Assembly (NCBI GenBank): GCA_013265495.1
Contig: MU058290.1
Location: forward strand, 124,001 to 188,000
DNA from: Vicugna vicugna
Lineage: Eukaryota
Direction: 5' to 3'
DNA: 64,000 nt
Part shown: in pieces, positions 37,691-51,090 of the stretch
Layout of the letters: each line of letters opens with the position of its first letter
Position numbering within the stretch: the first letter of the stretch is position 1
Position numbers and translations under genes: made by a program
The notes under the pieces: generated by a model
Seen by the model: the letters and a program-made list of their open reading frames with translations, nothing else
Told to the model about the DNA's origin: nothing
The model's database searches: none

Positions 37691-39446
37691 GTTATATAAT
37701 TCCATTGCCATATATATAAAACCCCCCATTCTACTGTATTTTCTTTAATATATTTCTTCTCTTCCAGGTAAGAGTACCTCTGTGAATTCTTGGCAGGTAA
37801 TACAGCAGCTAGGAGATGTCTGCACCTTCCTAGTAAAGAGTATCTTTCTCCATTGAGCCTTTGGACATCCTTTCCTTCACCTTGGAATTACATTCCTCTA
37901 ACCCCCGTCTCCTAACGCAGTTGCTTGCTGTATGGTGATCCTTAGCCAGCCCAGCCTTCCAGGACAGTGCCAAATGCTGGATGTAATCATACCAGTTTCT
38001 CTCTTCCTATCCTATCTTCTGTGGCTCTCACTCGTGGGTGTGCTACAATGGCAGATACAATGCCTAATTTTAGTTTTTTAATGACTGTGCAACGAGTAAC
38101 TAGCACACTGCCAAACTCATGCAGAAGCACTCATAGAATAAGTGCTGTTCTGCTTTTTGCTTTTCTTGTTTTCACCTCATAAAAGTGCTGAAAACCCCAC
38201 CACTCTTTGAAGTTAAAAATTTTATATCCTGTGTATAAGGATACACAATGAGTCTAACGGGTATAATTCCAAACACTAGCCTCGTGCTAACACTGGAGAG
38301 CTGACATTTTCCAGCAGTGGGGTGTCCCAGTGCCTCCTGAGATCCTGTGTAATTAGGTAAAGGACCATGATGCCTCAAGTGTGCACTCATGTTTTTCTTG
38401 TTGTTCCTTCCGCTTAGCCATCTTCCTCTTTTCTCTTATTTTTCCCTTTAAATCCAGCTTTTACCTGGCTTCTGAATCATAATTTTCATAAAGATTCAGC
38501 CTAGATGCTCCTGGAGGTGGCATCTCTGTGACTGGAATCGCTTTCTGGAAACTAACTGGAGCCCACTCTGCAAAAGTAAAGAGGTGAGGGCAGGCTTATG
38601 CGTGGGATACAGGATACAGAGGCCGGAGCATCAACAGATAACACGCTAAGTCAAAGTCCTGAGAAAGTAGCAACAACTCTGCCTCTTGGAGTCCCTTTTC
38701 ATCCCACCAGGAATGAGTCCCTGCCAGATGACAGACTTTGACACCTTGGGAAGAAGGGGTGAGGGGTCCAGCCCAATCTACTCTGCCAGCAAGAGTGAGC
38801 ACTAGAGATCTGAGGAGGAAAGTTCATGTCAAGAGCCAACAAGGACGTGATACAGAGACATTACCCTGGATTTGCCCACAAGCAGAGCTGCCTTTAAGGT
38901 GTGTGTAGCCCTGGTCAATTTCTGTGTGTGGTGGGGGGGATGGAGAATGAGGCACCTATCTATACAAACAATTTGATTTTTAAATATGTTATAAAATTCA
39001 TAGGCCCAAATGAAGAGGAGCGACTTACTGATGAAGATTTGGAACTGTGAGTAGAGAAAAGATACTCACACATTTGCTTATTAATCAGTGCACATGCGGA
39101 CTTTTTGTAGTGACTGGGCACCATGTCTTCCTGTTAGATCTCAGAGTGATTTCTTTGTGTTCTTTATTGTCAAATATATCATTCCGGGACAATTTCATTA
39201 CATCTCACCATGAGAAAAAGGTAGCAGAATGCCATGGCCCTTCAAAACCTATCTGGGTTGGCACAAGATAGATCTTCTGTTTTCTGCAGGTTCCTGGTGC
39301 CATTCATCGTTGCCAGCTGCATTATGACTCATGGCACCGAATCATCCACTGTGCTTCTTGTGAACACCCGCTTCTAATGACTCTGTCGAAGGTGACTTTG
39401 TTCCTTCACATTGTTGATAATGACCACAGATGCAAGACTTACCCAG

Positions 39447-39758
39447 TGTCTTACTCCAGTTCAGATTGTTGTAACAAAATACCACAGACTGGGTATCGTG
39501 TAAACAGTGGAAATTTATTTCTCCCAGTTCTGGAGGCTGGAAGTCCGAAATCAGGGCACCAGCATGGTCAGGTAGGGCCCTCGGAAGGCAGGAGTGCCTC
39601 GGAGCTCTGGGGGATCGCTTTTGTAGAAGCATCAATCCCATTCATAAGGGCTCCATGACCTAATTCCCTCCCAAGGGCCCCATCCTCTCTCACCACCACA
39701 TTGGGCATTAGGATTCCAACGTGTGATTTTGGAGGGGACAAAGATTCAGACCATAGCA
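39447..39758 (-). mobile_element. MaLR solo LTR (MLT1A-like)
   Basis: tgtctta...aacaaaataccacagactggg...ttctggaggctggaagtcc...attcagaccatagca, with perfect 5-bp TSD cccag (39442-39446 / 39759-39763). Confidence 0.9.
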
Positions 39759-40999
39759 CCCAGAGTTAGCAGGAAAAGGAGAAGGATAATTCATTTTCTG
39801 GCCATGTGAAATTTTCCTTTTGGAATTTTATAGTGTGAACATAAAACAACACACCTTCCAACCATATCTTCTCCTGAACTCTTGCGAGGAGGAGGGGCAG
39901 TTACTGACTTAAGAATTTGTAAAGTTTTCTTTTTTTCTTTGCTTTAGTTTTCACTTAAGCATAATTAACTTGCAATATTATATTCGTTTCAGGTATACAA
40001 TTCTCTTCAATTCTTTAGGTCATAATCATTGTGTTCGCTAGAATGCCACCTCTTTCTTTACTGACCACACCACATTCCTGCCTTCCACATATTGCCACCA
40101 TCCAAGAGGATAAGCAAGGGACCCATGGGCAGAAACAGCAGTCCCATTCACACAAGGATTGACTATCCATCTTGCACAGATTAAGTGAGCATGACATCAC
40201 CTGTCAATCAGAGGCAAGAGAGGGTACTGATGTGAAGTGCCCCATGGGCAAGGCAGAGCAGTGGTCTCAAAAGTCCTTTCAGGAGACAGGAGCAGCCCAC
40301 CATCCCGCCGCATGGTGTGGAGCCTGCAAAGGGGTGGAGTAACCACCCTGGCCAGGAAGTGTTTGAGTCACCCAAAATCAACTTGTCAACACCATCCTGG
40401 TGACCCACTTCTGTGTGATCCTACAAAAGAAATACGACACCAGCCAGGGAGAACCATCCACTTACCAGGCTGCCCTCCTGGACCCAAAGCCTGGCTTTAG
40501 GGCCCAAAGATGACCCCATAGGAGAAAGTGTGGGAAATTCTGGGGGGCAGCAGTTTGGCCTCACATATGGGGTAGAGGAGCAATGCCCTGAAGGGGAGAA
40601 ATGGGACTCAGACCCACAAAAGTCCCAGTCCAGGGTACCAGACTCAGATGGCACTTCTGGCCCCAGTCAGTGCCAGACACCAGAGGGGAACTTCCTAAGT
40701 GAAAGGCACTCCAAAGTGTAGGGGACCCCTGAGGGGCTAGACCCCAGGTCAGGGGCCCTGTTTGCTGAGGTCTAGGGACTGCACTGGCCTCAGATATATA
40801 AATTTCATGGCCACCCAAGGGGTGAAGTTTGAGGAGTTCTACAAGACCCCAGGTATTCACATACTAGCCAACGTGACCAAAACTGAAACCAAGCTAAGGG
40901 TATAGCACTATGTATCACAGCACTGATTGCAGAAGAACGCTGTCCAAATGCGTATGTGTTTTCTATGGGCAGTGGGCCCAGCATCCTTACCACCAAATG

Positions 41000-41200
41000 C
41001 AGCTGCCATTCACTGAGCGCTACTGTGCGCATTACTCTCATTTCATTCTCCTAACAACACTGTAAGTGGGACTATCATTATTTCATGTAAAACCTGAAGT
41101 TCTGAGAACCATGAGCTATCCACGGTCACAACTGCTTTTAAGTGGCAGAGCTTCAATTTTACCTCATGTCTGTCTGATTCCCAAGAACTGGTTCTTTTTT
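41000..41200 (-). mobile_element. MIR SINE (a second MIR lies at about 41590-41730, +)
   Basis: tcctaacaacactgtaagtgggactatcatta...ggtcacaactgc..taagtggcagagc; ctctctgagcctg...tcacctgcaaaatggagctaat. Confidence 0.6.
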
Positions 41201-42087
41201 CCAATAGCATGCTACATGAAATTAGCTGACAATCTGAGGGTCAATTAATTTATAATCTTGCCTAGGTGTTAATCTTTAGGTTAGGCTCCATCGTAACTGT
41301 ATTAGATGATCAAAGCCTGGTGAAGGGCTTAGAAAAATCTACAACTTTCCTTAACTAGAAACACTAGTTCTAGGAAATGTTGCTAAATGATTAAAGAGAG
41401 AGGGGAGAAATTTCATGGAAAAATAAATTTAGAAATGCTGAATATTATCTCTGCCTGTTAAAGATTCCCAAGCCACATTAATATTAAAGGTTGTGAGACC
41501 TGCATAAGAAAACCTACTTAACTCTGTTTAAGCCAGCATCTCCCAAGCTATTTCAGCATCTCTGTTAGCAGGTAGGGACCCTCCATTCGAATTACAGATG
41601 GGCCACTTATGAGTTGGGTGGTCTTGGTCCAGGTAAAGTTGGACTCTCTGAGCCTGTTACTTATCACCTGCAAAATGGAGCTAATATAATAGCACTTCCT
41701 TTTGGGATTACATAAAACCAAACATGGATAGCAGCTAGGAGACAGCCTGGAATACAATGGTAGATTCCCTCCTGCTGACCTAAAAAGAAAAGAATTCATA
41801 TTGAGCCCTCTGAAACATGCATTAAGCTACTCAGCTCTTTTTATTTGACTGTGCAGTATTGGGTAAGAGTCAGAAAACTTGCTTCTCTTAAATGATTCTG
41901 TTTCATACAATCTTTATAACTTCCGAGGAGGTACTGGATAATCAATAAGCAGGTTATCATTGATCAATAAGTGTGTTATAGAATACAGGAGAAATTTACA
42001 ATATAGTTGCTCTCACAAAAATGCTTATGGTCTTACTAAGGTCATATTGTGCACTCAAATTAATTAAAGGCTCATTAAATAGTATAT

Positions 42088-42428
42088 ATGGATTACAATC
42101 CTTTACCTGAAACTTCTGAGGTCAGTGCATTATGAAACAGAATTCTTATGATTATAAAAAGCAACACTGTGAGTGTGTGTGTGATATATGATGTATTGTA
42201 TGCATCCCTAAAGAGTTTATCAGAGGCAGTGTTCATAACCAAACACATTGGTATTTCCTCAGCAAAATGTGTAATGATCATACAGCATAAATATTAAAAA
42301 TAGCCTTGCATCATCAACTCAGTCAGATTTTACAACTCACCGAGTTTTGGAGCCACTTTGAAAGAAAACCTTTCCATTTTCAGAGCTTTGGGGATTTAGG
42401 AACATAGGATAAAGGATTGTGGACCTGT
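42088..42428. mobile_element. TcMar-Tigger MITE (MER46C-like)
   Basis: Terminal inverted repeats acaatcctttacc ... ggataaaggattgtggacctg. Confidence 0.65.
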
Positions 42429-43168
42429 TATATAAGCTAAGTACATACACTGGAAGTGCAAAAAGGCAGCTACATTGGAGCTAAAAGAGTTGGTAAAAGT
42501 TTGAGAAATGAGGCATCATTTGGGCTATAAGGAGTTAATTTTCTATCCCTGGTGAGTAAGGTTTCCACAACATCTGGTCAACCCTTTACACCCACCAAGC
42601 TGTATTTTCCTGCTTGAGTCACCAGGGTCCCACAGAGTTCTTTGGAAATTGCTTTCCTGAAATAGTCTCCACAGTCACATAGAAGCCTGACCATGAGATT
42701 GGTCCAAAGTGAACATCAGATAGGAGTACTTGTTGGAGTGTGGGAACCTTTAAGGAGTGAAGCTGGTGGGAACCTATAAGAGGATGTGGTCTCATCTGTG
42801 AATGAAAGCACGTGGGCTTCCATTCCTTGCTAATTCCAGTCTGTTAATAGTTTCCTCTACACAATGGATCCTTTGTCTTTTGGTCAAGAAATTAAACTTG
42901 GAACCTTTCAAATCCCATTCCCAGTTGTAAGTGCTTTGAGTTTCTCTACCGAACAAATGCCTAACACGGCTGATTTTCTCTGACACCCACTCTTCTTTCC
43001 TCTCTTGCATCTCACTTCTCATTTCTCTCTTGTCTTAGATAGTCTGTCTGTTTCTCCTGAAAGGGATCCCCGGGCAGGAAGAGGAGGCATCTGCCTGGTC
43101 CAAGGCTTCACCTCCTGCCACTCCTCCACCCACCTCTAAAATGTCAGGGCAGCCCACAGACGCAGACG

Positions 43169-43234
43169 CACTTCCTGCCCAACAACTCTGTTCCAATGAC
43201 GTCATTGCCAGAAGAGGTGAGCCAGAGGTATAAA
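43169..43234 (+). promoter_or_regulatory. Candidate Pol II core promoter: ETS + palindromic CRE + TATA
   Basis: cacttcctg at 43169-43177, TGACGTCA at 43197-43204 within the 14-bp palindrome caatgacgtcattg, and TATAAA at 43229-43234. Confidence 0.4.
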
Positions 43235-43718
43235 GGGAACGTTGAAGTGGTGGGGGGGGAGGTAGTCTGAGAAGAGACTAGAGGCAAAGCATTTATGTGA
43301 TTGCCTGCCTGCCTGCGACAGTTAGGATAAGGGAAATTGGGGACGAAACGAAGAAAGAACAGGAAGATAAAAGCCAGGTCAGAGTAAGCCAAACCTTTCC
43401 TTCCCTCCAGTGTCCCGTTTCTGTTATGTCCCTGCCCCTTGAGTGTGTTACTGTCTAGGAGGTGGAAGCAGAGAAAAACCCTGGAAAGAGGAGATCTCAA
43501 AATAAAGTCACATAGTGAATCCCTATGGCCATTTTCTATGTGCCCACGCAAGTTTAACTACATTATTTCTTGACAGATATGAATTCAGACGAAATAGGCT
43601 GAAGGCAACCACTTACATCCTCCATTTATTCTACCCCATAGCTTTTCTCCTCTTTGAGTAGACCCAACCCTTTTTCTGTTGAAATGATTCACCAACTTCC
43701 TTGTTCTTAAGAGCGGGA

Positions 43719-43734
43719 GGGGGGGGGGGGGGGG
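43719..43734 (+). repeat. G16 homopolymer
   Basis: Direct inspection. Confidence 0.9.
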
Positions 43735-44293
43735 TGGAAGAGATGCTGAGTGAGAGTAAAACTCCTCCCAATCCTTTTCATTCTATACCTATTGAGCACC
43801 TAATGTGACACTATTCTACTTACTGACGTAATTTTTTTAATAGTTCTCTCTTTCTCTCTCTCCTCATCACTCTCTTGACCCACACTCCCTCTAACCACGT
43901 ATGCCAGACTCTTTAACTGTAGGATCAACAGCTTCTCACCTAGCATAGCATGAGAAATCAGTGTTGGCTGAATGAATTTCTAAAAGGACTCAGAAAAAGA
44001 ACACAGAGCGCTCAAAAAGAAGAGGAAAAGGAGACCAGAAGAAAGGGTGGAGTTTGAGGGCCGAGAAACAAAGGGAGGGAAAAAAAGATGCAAAGTGGCA
44101 GGTAGTAAAAGATGGGAGGAAAAAGAAAAAGAGTTGAGAAGGGTCAAGAAAATGAGTGCTGTCCTTACCCCCAAGATAAGCTCTGTCTCAATCTGCATCA
44201 CTATAGCACCACACCAGCAGAACCCTGCACTTAGGGGTAAGGAAAGGAAACCTGATCCACATGTTCTCCAGACTCAATCACAGATAGAAGCAC

Positions 44294-44299
44294 TTTAAT
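44294..44299 (-). terminator. RNASE10: Candidate RNASE10 poly(A) signal (ATTAAA)
   Basis: Minus strand attaaagtgcttctatctgtg..., the same hexamer+gtgc context as the RNASE9 signal (aataaagtgc). It lies about 0.9 kb downstream of the stop codon. Confidence 0.45.
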
Positions 44300-44570
44300 T
44301 TGCATCTGCAGCAGAAAAGTGCTGCATGAGAAGCCTGGGAGGCTTCTCTGATTGCCCTAGAGGCTCACAGTGAGTAGCAGGGAACCAGGTGGGTAAAGGA
44401 TGCATTAAACTCTTGTAATCCACACCTAAAGGTCCCCAGATCAGGAAAGAGATTAATGACCAGGGTTGCAGGAGAGGCTAGAGCAGGCCTTCACTTATCT
44501 CTTTCCAGCAGGAGATAGGATCCAAGAGGCACAGAACCTAGAGAGATTAGACATCATCACCCTATTCTGC

Positions 44571-44997
44571 TGTGAAGGAAAAGCCCAGCTGGGCTAACAA
44601 GCTAAGTCACAAATCTAAGTGTAACAAGTGTCGGATTACTGATCCGAGTTCTGCTGGGCTAACTCGTAAATCTAAATTAATAAGTGTCAGTTTGCTGATT
44701 CCCTGTTCATGTTTTTGCTAACCAGCTGGATTTTCAAAGAGACATATCTGGCCTTGAAATGTTGATTTGCTGCCTCACTGTCTCTACTTTTGTGATAATG
44801 ATGTTGCTAAAGCTATTTCATGCCTATTGGCCGAATACCCCAAGCTTGTACTTNNNNNNNNNNNNNNNNNNNNNNNNNNNNNNNNNNNNNNNNNNNNGGC
44901 TTAGGAGGTCCCTCTGAGCCCCCCGGCGTAATAAATCTGAGTACTCCAACCCTCCGAGTGGTGCTTGTTTCTTGGCTGGCCTGTCATTTCCGTAACA
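44571..44997 (+). mobile_element. ERV1-class LTR (solo or collapsed provirus) spanning an assembly gap
   Basis: TG...CA termini with imperfect inverted ends (tgtgaaggaaa / tttccgtaaca), 4-bp flanks ctgc/ttgc, an internal direct repeat (ctgggctaac...aaatctaa...aagtgtc twice) and AATAAA at 44930-44935. Confidence 0.75.
44854..44897. other. Assembly gap (44 N)
   Basis: Run of n characters. Confidence 1.
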
Positions 44998-45192
44998 TTG
45001 CCACCTCTAATCCCAGGAATGGAATGCAAGTTGAGTGAACCCTGGGACAAAGAAGATTTATATTTTCATTTTTGATAAAGAATAGACTAGCCTCTCTTCC
45101 CAAAACCTGTTTTGCAGGATACCTAAGGAGGAAAACAGCATGAAAAAAAGAAGTGGAAAGGAAGACAAAGATGAGGAGGTGAAGAAGTTGCT

Positions 45193-46197
<1,005 letters not shown>

Positions 46198-46244
46198 TTA
46201 CCATAGGGGACCATCTCCTTATTTTTAATCCTAAATTTATTCTT

Positions 46245-46660
46245 TTTGTTTTTTTTTTTAGAGGGGGTGGGGATAATTAGGTTTATTGATTTATTTTAAT
46301 GGAGGTACTGGGGATAGAACCCAGGACATTGTGCAGGCTAAGCACACACTCTACCACTGAGCTACACTTTCCCCACCTCCAAATTTATTTTTGCTCATTC
46401 ATATGTTTATCATTCTCCCTGTTACCCACCGTCCCCAAAGAAGATCAAAAGGAATAGAAAAAGTACCATAGTCCATTCTCATTCCGAAATTGAGGCTGAG
46501 GGGAAGAGGGGATGACCAATTTCACCATGTTAAAACTATTATCTTGTCAGGGTGGGGGACAGGGTATAGTTCAAGTGGTAGTGTGTTCAATCCCCAGTAC
46601 CTCCTCTAAGAATAAATAAATAAACCTAATTACCTACTCCCACCAAAAACAAAAAAAATT
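46245..46660. mobile_element. Two tRNA-derived SINEs in the RNASE10 intron (- at 46245-46374; + internally deleted at 46555-46660)
   Basis: SINE bodies with taattaggttt / aaacctaattacc tails. Confidence 0.8.
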
Positions 46661-46786
46661 TGTATCTTGTCATATCAGATCGTTTTTACTACCATAGATG
46701 TCTTAACACTTGGCTATTTCCTGCTGATTAGCTTTTGTACTCTTAGGGAAGAAATGAATAAGAATGAAACCAAAAAAATCCAAACA

Positions 46787-47510
46787 ACTGACCTGCTGGG
46801 CTTTGCCTACTAATAAGATCCTAAAGAGACTGAAAGAAGGAGCCTGCATCTTCGTCCTGCTATGCCGGCCTCATGCCCCTATCACAGAGAGATCTTCCCG
46901 ACCAGAAACAAATATTGCTATGAAGAACATTTTTGAGATAATTGATAATATTAGAATATTGTCAATGGAGTAGATGGGAGTGTTATATCAATGTTTGATA
47001 TACTGCATTTGAAACTTGTACCACGACTGTTTAGGAGAGTATCTTTGTTCTTAGAAAATGAACCTGAGACGCTAAGGTACAAAGGGGCACGATGTAGGCA
47101 ACTTACTCTCCCAAGGTTCAAAATATAGATGATATGTATGTGTGTATATGGTACGTTTACAGAGAAAGAAAGAAAGAAAAATTTTTAATGAGGAAAAGTA
47201 ATTTTCAAAATTATGTGTCTGGATAAAGGGTATTTAGGAGTTCTTTGTATTGTTGCAAATTTTCTTTAAAGTTGAAGTTATTGCGAATATATTTTAACTT
47301 TTAAAAAAGAGAGAATATCTCATATTTTTCCCTGGAGCATCCAACATCATTGTCACTTACCTACACACCTAAGTAGCCTCAAAGACGCTTGTATCCTCCT
47401 GTTTCCCAAGTTCTTCCCTCCCAGGGTTTCCTTCTCTCCGAGAAGTGCCCTGGATACTGGTCTGCAGAAAAATGGTTATCCCCTTGTGGTCCAGTTTCCT
47501 TTAAATCCAG
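46787..47510 (-). other. RNASE10: Candidate non-coding 5' exon(s) and promoter region of RNASE10
   Basis: Minus-strand donors CAG|gtcagt (GT at 46792-46791) and TAG|gtaagt (GT at 47360-47359). Acceptor-like ccatttttctgcag near 47463-47476 and TATA-like gatttaaagg near 47498-47507. Exon usage is not determinable. Confidence 0.35.
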
Positions 47511-48897
47511 ACTTACTTCCTACTCCCATTCCTGTTAGCACTCCCCCGGCAGCCCTGAATAAACACACTTAGCCAATTGCCCTTTCTCCTCCCATCAACA
47601 CTTTGAAGTAAGGCTGTTTGGAAATTGAAACAGATCCAGATGTCCAAGACAGGAAATGTCTCCAGCCTGAGAAATGGTTGACAGTTTTATTTTCCTAAAC
47701 AATTGTTACCCTCCTGAGTTACACCCACTATCCTGTGGTTTATAGCAGCCTGACCTCGCCCATGAATTTCAGATCAAGTCGGTTCCTTAGATTCTCCGAG
47801 TGTGCTTCTTTTAACCCTTTCCTAGCATTTCTCAAATGTCAATCTCTTTGGCCTGTATTGGGGTCATCCCTCCGACATGGTTATTTAAAGCTTTTCACAT
47901 TTTAGAGCTGTATCATGACTTTATTAGGAAATTTGGAGTATTTGAGCCAGTGATGAATTTTTACCTACCTTTACCTATGAAGCCTATTCCAGCCTTCCAC
48001 TCTCCACTCCCTTTTTCCAGCTCCCAGCTGATAACCCGGTAATTTAGCCCCAGGTAAGAGAATATCCGAAGCAGCCCCATCACTATTAGTCCCCATCGCC
48101 TGTGTGAGTAAATCCCAGAGTCTAATGCTGATTCTAATCACTTGTTTAGCTGAAAGTGACATCATGAGAGAATATTTTTAAAGCTCTCTGGAGATTATTG
48201 AAAACCCTCCCTAGACATAAACAGGGGCCTTTGGAAGGATGATTTGCTTTGTCATTCAGGCAGGAGTTTTCAAGTGGCGACCTGGGAACCGCTGCTGCAA
48301 AGTCTATCAGGCTGAATTTTTACAGTGCTGATGTCAATAATTTACAATAACAATGACAACAACTAATCATTATTGGCTATGAGCACTTACTTCATGTGGG
48401 CATGTACTGCATTTCACCCTCACAATCTGCCCGTGCTATTCCTCTTTGGTGTCCACTCTGCCCTTTCCCTCTGGCGAGATCTATGTGCAACGTGAAGGCG
48501 GAGTAAAGAGGCTTCCACTGAACCCAGTAGCTGTCCGAAGTCAGCAGGGATAATATAGCCACTATATGCACCACCTGCTTCTTTATAATTGTTCACTGTT
48601 AGAGATTGTTTGAAATTAATCCTTGATTAAATATGAAGGACCTATGTCTGAGGTCTAAGTATAACCTTTAGACTGGACAGGTTTTTATTTGTTTTTTCTT
48701 TTTCTAGGCTATAATTTTCTTATCTTCTAAATTTGCATAATAGCAGCTCTTACTTCATCAGGATGTTGTGAATATTACATAACACCCTGCATGTAAAAGG
48801 ATAAATGTACAGCTATTGTTATTGATGTTACATAGCAATTACCAACACCAGCTTATCACCTGATCAGTGCTATTTTCTTACTTAGAAATAGCATACT

Positions 48898-49520
48898 ATC
48901 AAGTGGTAGAGAGCATACTTAGCATACACAAGGTCCTGGGTTCAGTCCCCAGTATCTCCTCTAAAAATAAATAAATAAGTAAACCTAATTACCTCCCTCC
49001 CCAAAATAAAGAGTAGTTTAAAAAATAATTTAGAAATAGCATACTAAGTGATATCACTTATATATAGAATCTAAAAATAAAAAAGGGGGAGGAGGGTATT
49101 GCTCAGTGGTAAAGTGCATTCTTAGCACACCCAAGGTCCTGGGTTTGATCCCTGTACCTCCACTAAAAATAATAACTAAATAAACCTAATTACCTACCCC
49201 CTAAAAAAATTAAAAATAAATCATTAAAAAAAAAACTAATGAATATAACAAAAAAGAAACAGACTCACAGATGTAGAGAACAAACTAGTGGTCACCAATG
49301 GAGAGAGGGAACAGGGGAGGGGCAGTATAGGGGTAGGGAATTAAGAGGTACAAACCATTATGTATAAAATAAACTACAAGGATATACTGTACAACACAGG
49401 GAATACAGCTAATATTTTATAACTATAAATGGAGTATAACCTTTAAAAACTGTGAATCACTATGTTGTATACCTATAACTTATATAATATTCTATATCAA
49501 CTATACTTCAATTTTTTAAA
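48898..49520 (+). mobile_element. Two SINEs and an L1 3' end, nested
   Basis: SINE bodies at about 48898-49005 and 49085-49230; L1 3' UTR aaacagactcacagatgtagagaacaaactagtgg...tcaactatacttcaa. Confidence 0.85.
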
Positions 49521-50254
49521 AAATAGCGTACCAAGGACTGCAGCTACCGACACTACTCACTGCTTTTCCTAGAAGAAGTCAAACAATATCCTAGAATCTC
49601 AAAGAATTGAGGCTCATGTAGACTGATGCTTCACATCACAAACAAAGAAAGTGACTCCAAAAAGATAATGTCTCAGATGCTACAGATAAGTAATGACAGT
49701 TCTGATGTTAGAACTCCTGACTTTAGTTAAGCAAAATTTATGCTAGATAGGTAGATAGGAGGTGGGTTAGACAGAGAGAGAGCTAGAGCTAGGGACCGAA
49801 CGGATACTCCAATCACAAAATTGACAATGAATCCATCTAAGATCTAGATTCTAAGTATAAGCACTATTTCTCACTGTAAATTAATCTTAGTATGGACTTC
49901 CACTGGTGGTCAAAATGGGATGGCAATGATTGGATTTTGCCTGAAATTCCTAGAAAAATGAGCAAGTTATATGAAACAAAAGATTTTCAAAACATTGGAC
50001 AACAGGCAATAAAGGGCAGTGATCACTGAGAGATGGGAAACAAAGGAGATGAGCTTCCTCCCCCAGCTTCCTCCCTGTGGAGAGGGTCTAGGCCACATGG
50101 CACACAGAAGGCGGGGAGCCCGCTCAGGGTCTGGTCTCTCTGAGTTGAGGAGATGGAACTGGGAGTCCAAGCGAACCAAGGCAACTAGAGTTCACAGCAG
50201 AGCACCAGAGGGGACAGGACTGCAGAGAAAGAACTCCAGACCTGCAGGAGAGAG

Positions 50255-51090
50255 GTATCACTACATTTCTACCAGAATGGCTAAAATTAAAAAATAGTGA
50301 TAATACCAAACCCTGATAAGAATGCAGAGGAACTGGATCTCTCATAACATGGCCGGTGGGAACGTAAAATGATACAGTCATGCTGGAAAATAGTTTGGCA
50401 GATTCTTAAAATATTAAACATACAATTATACAACCTACCAATTACATTCCTGGGCATTTATCCCAGAAAAACGAAAATGTACGTCCACACCAAAACCTAT
50501 ACATGAGTGTTCACAGCAGATTTATTCTTACTAGTGAAAAACTGGAAACAGCTCGATTATTTTTCGACAAGCAAAGGGCTGAAGCAACTGTTGCATCCTG
50601 TGGAATAACCTATATATCTGACAACCTGAATGGATCTCAAAGGCATTATTCTGAGTGAAAAAAAATAATATCAAATATCAATAATAACAAAAATAATGAT
50701 ATCAAGTAATAATATCAAATAATAAAAATATCAAAATAATATACATTACTGTATGATTCCGTTTATATAACACAGAGAACATAGTAGTGTTTGCCGGGGG
50801 TTAGGGTGGTAGGGATAAGGATACAGGTGTGACTATAAAGAGAGACAAAGGGTATCTTTATAGTGATGAGATAGTTCTGTATCTTGATTGCAGTGGTTAC
50901 ATGAATCTACACATGAAATAAAATGATACAGAACTGCACACACACACACATGCAAATTATGGTTTTAATATTCTACTATAGTTAGGTAATATGTAATTAC
51001 TAGGGGAAACCAGGTGAAGAGTACATGAGATCTCTGTGTTCTATCTTTGAATCAATAACTATTGCAAAATGCAAAATTAAAAAGTTTTTT
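50255..51090 (+). mobile_element. Old L1 (L1MC/ME-like) 3' region with an internal degenerate AATAATATCA tandem repeat (about 50664-50742)
   Basis: ccagaatggctaaaattaaaaa...ggaaaatagtttggcag...gaatggatctcaaaggcatta...ctgtatcttgattg. Confidence 0.8.
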
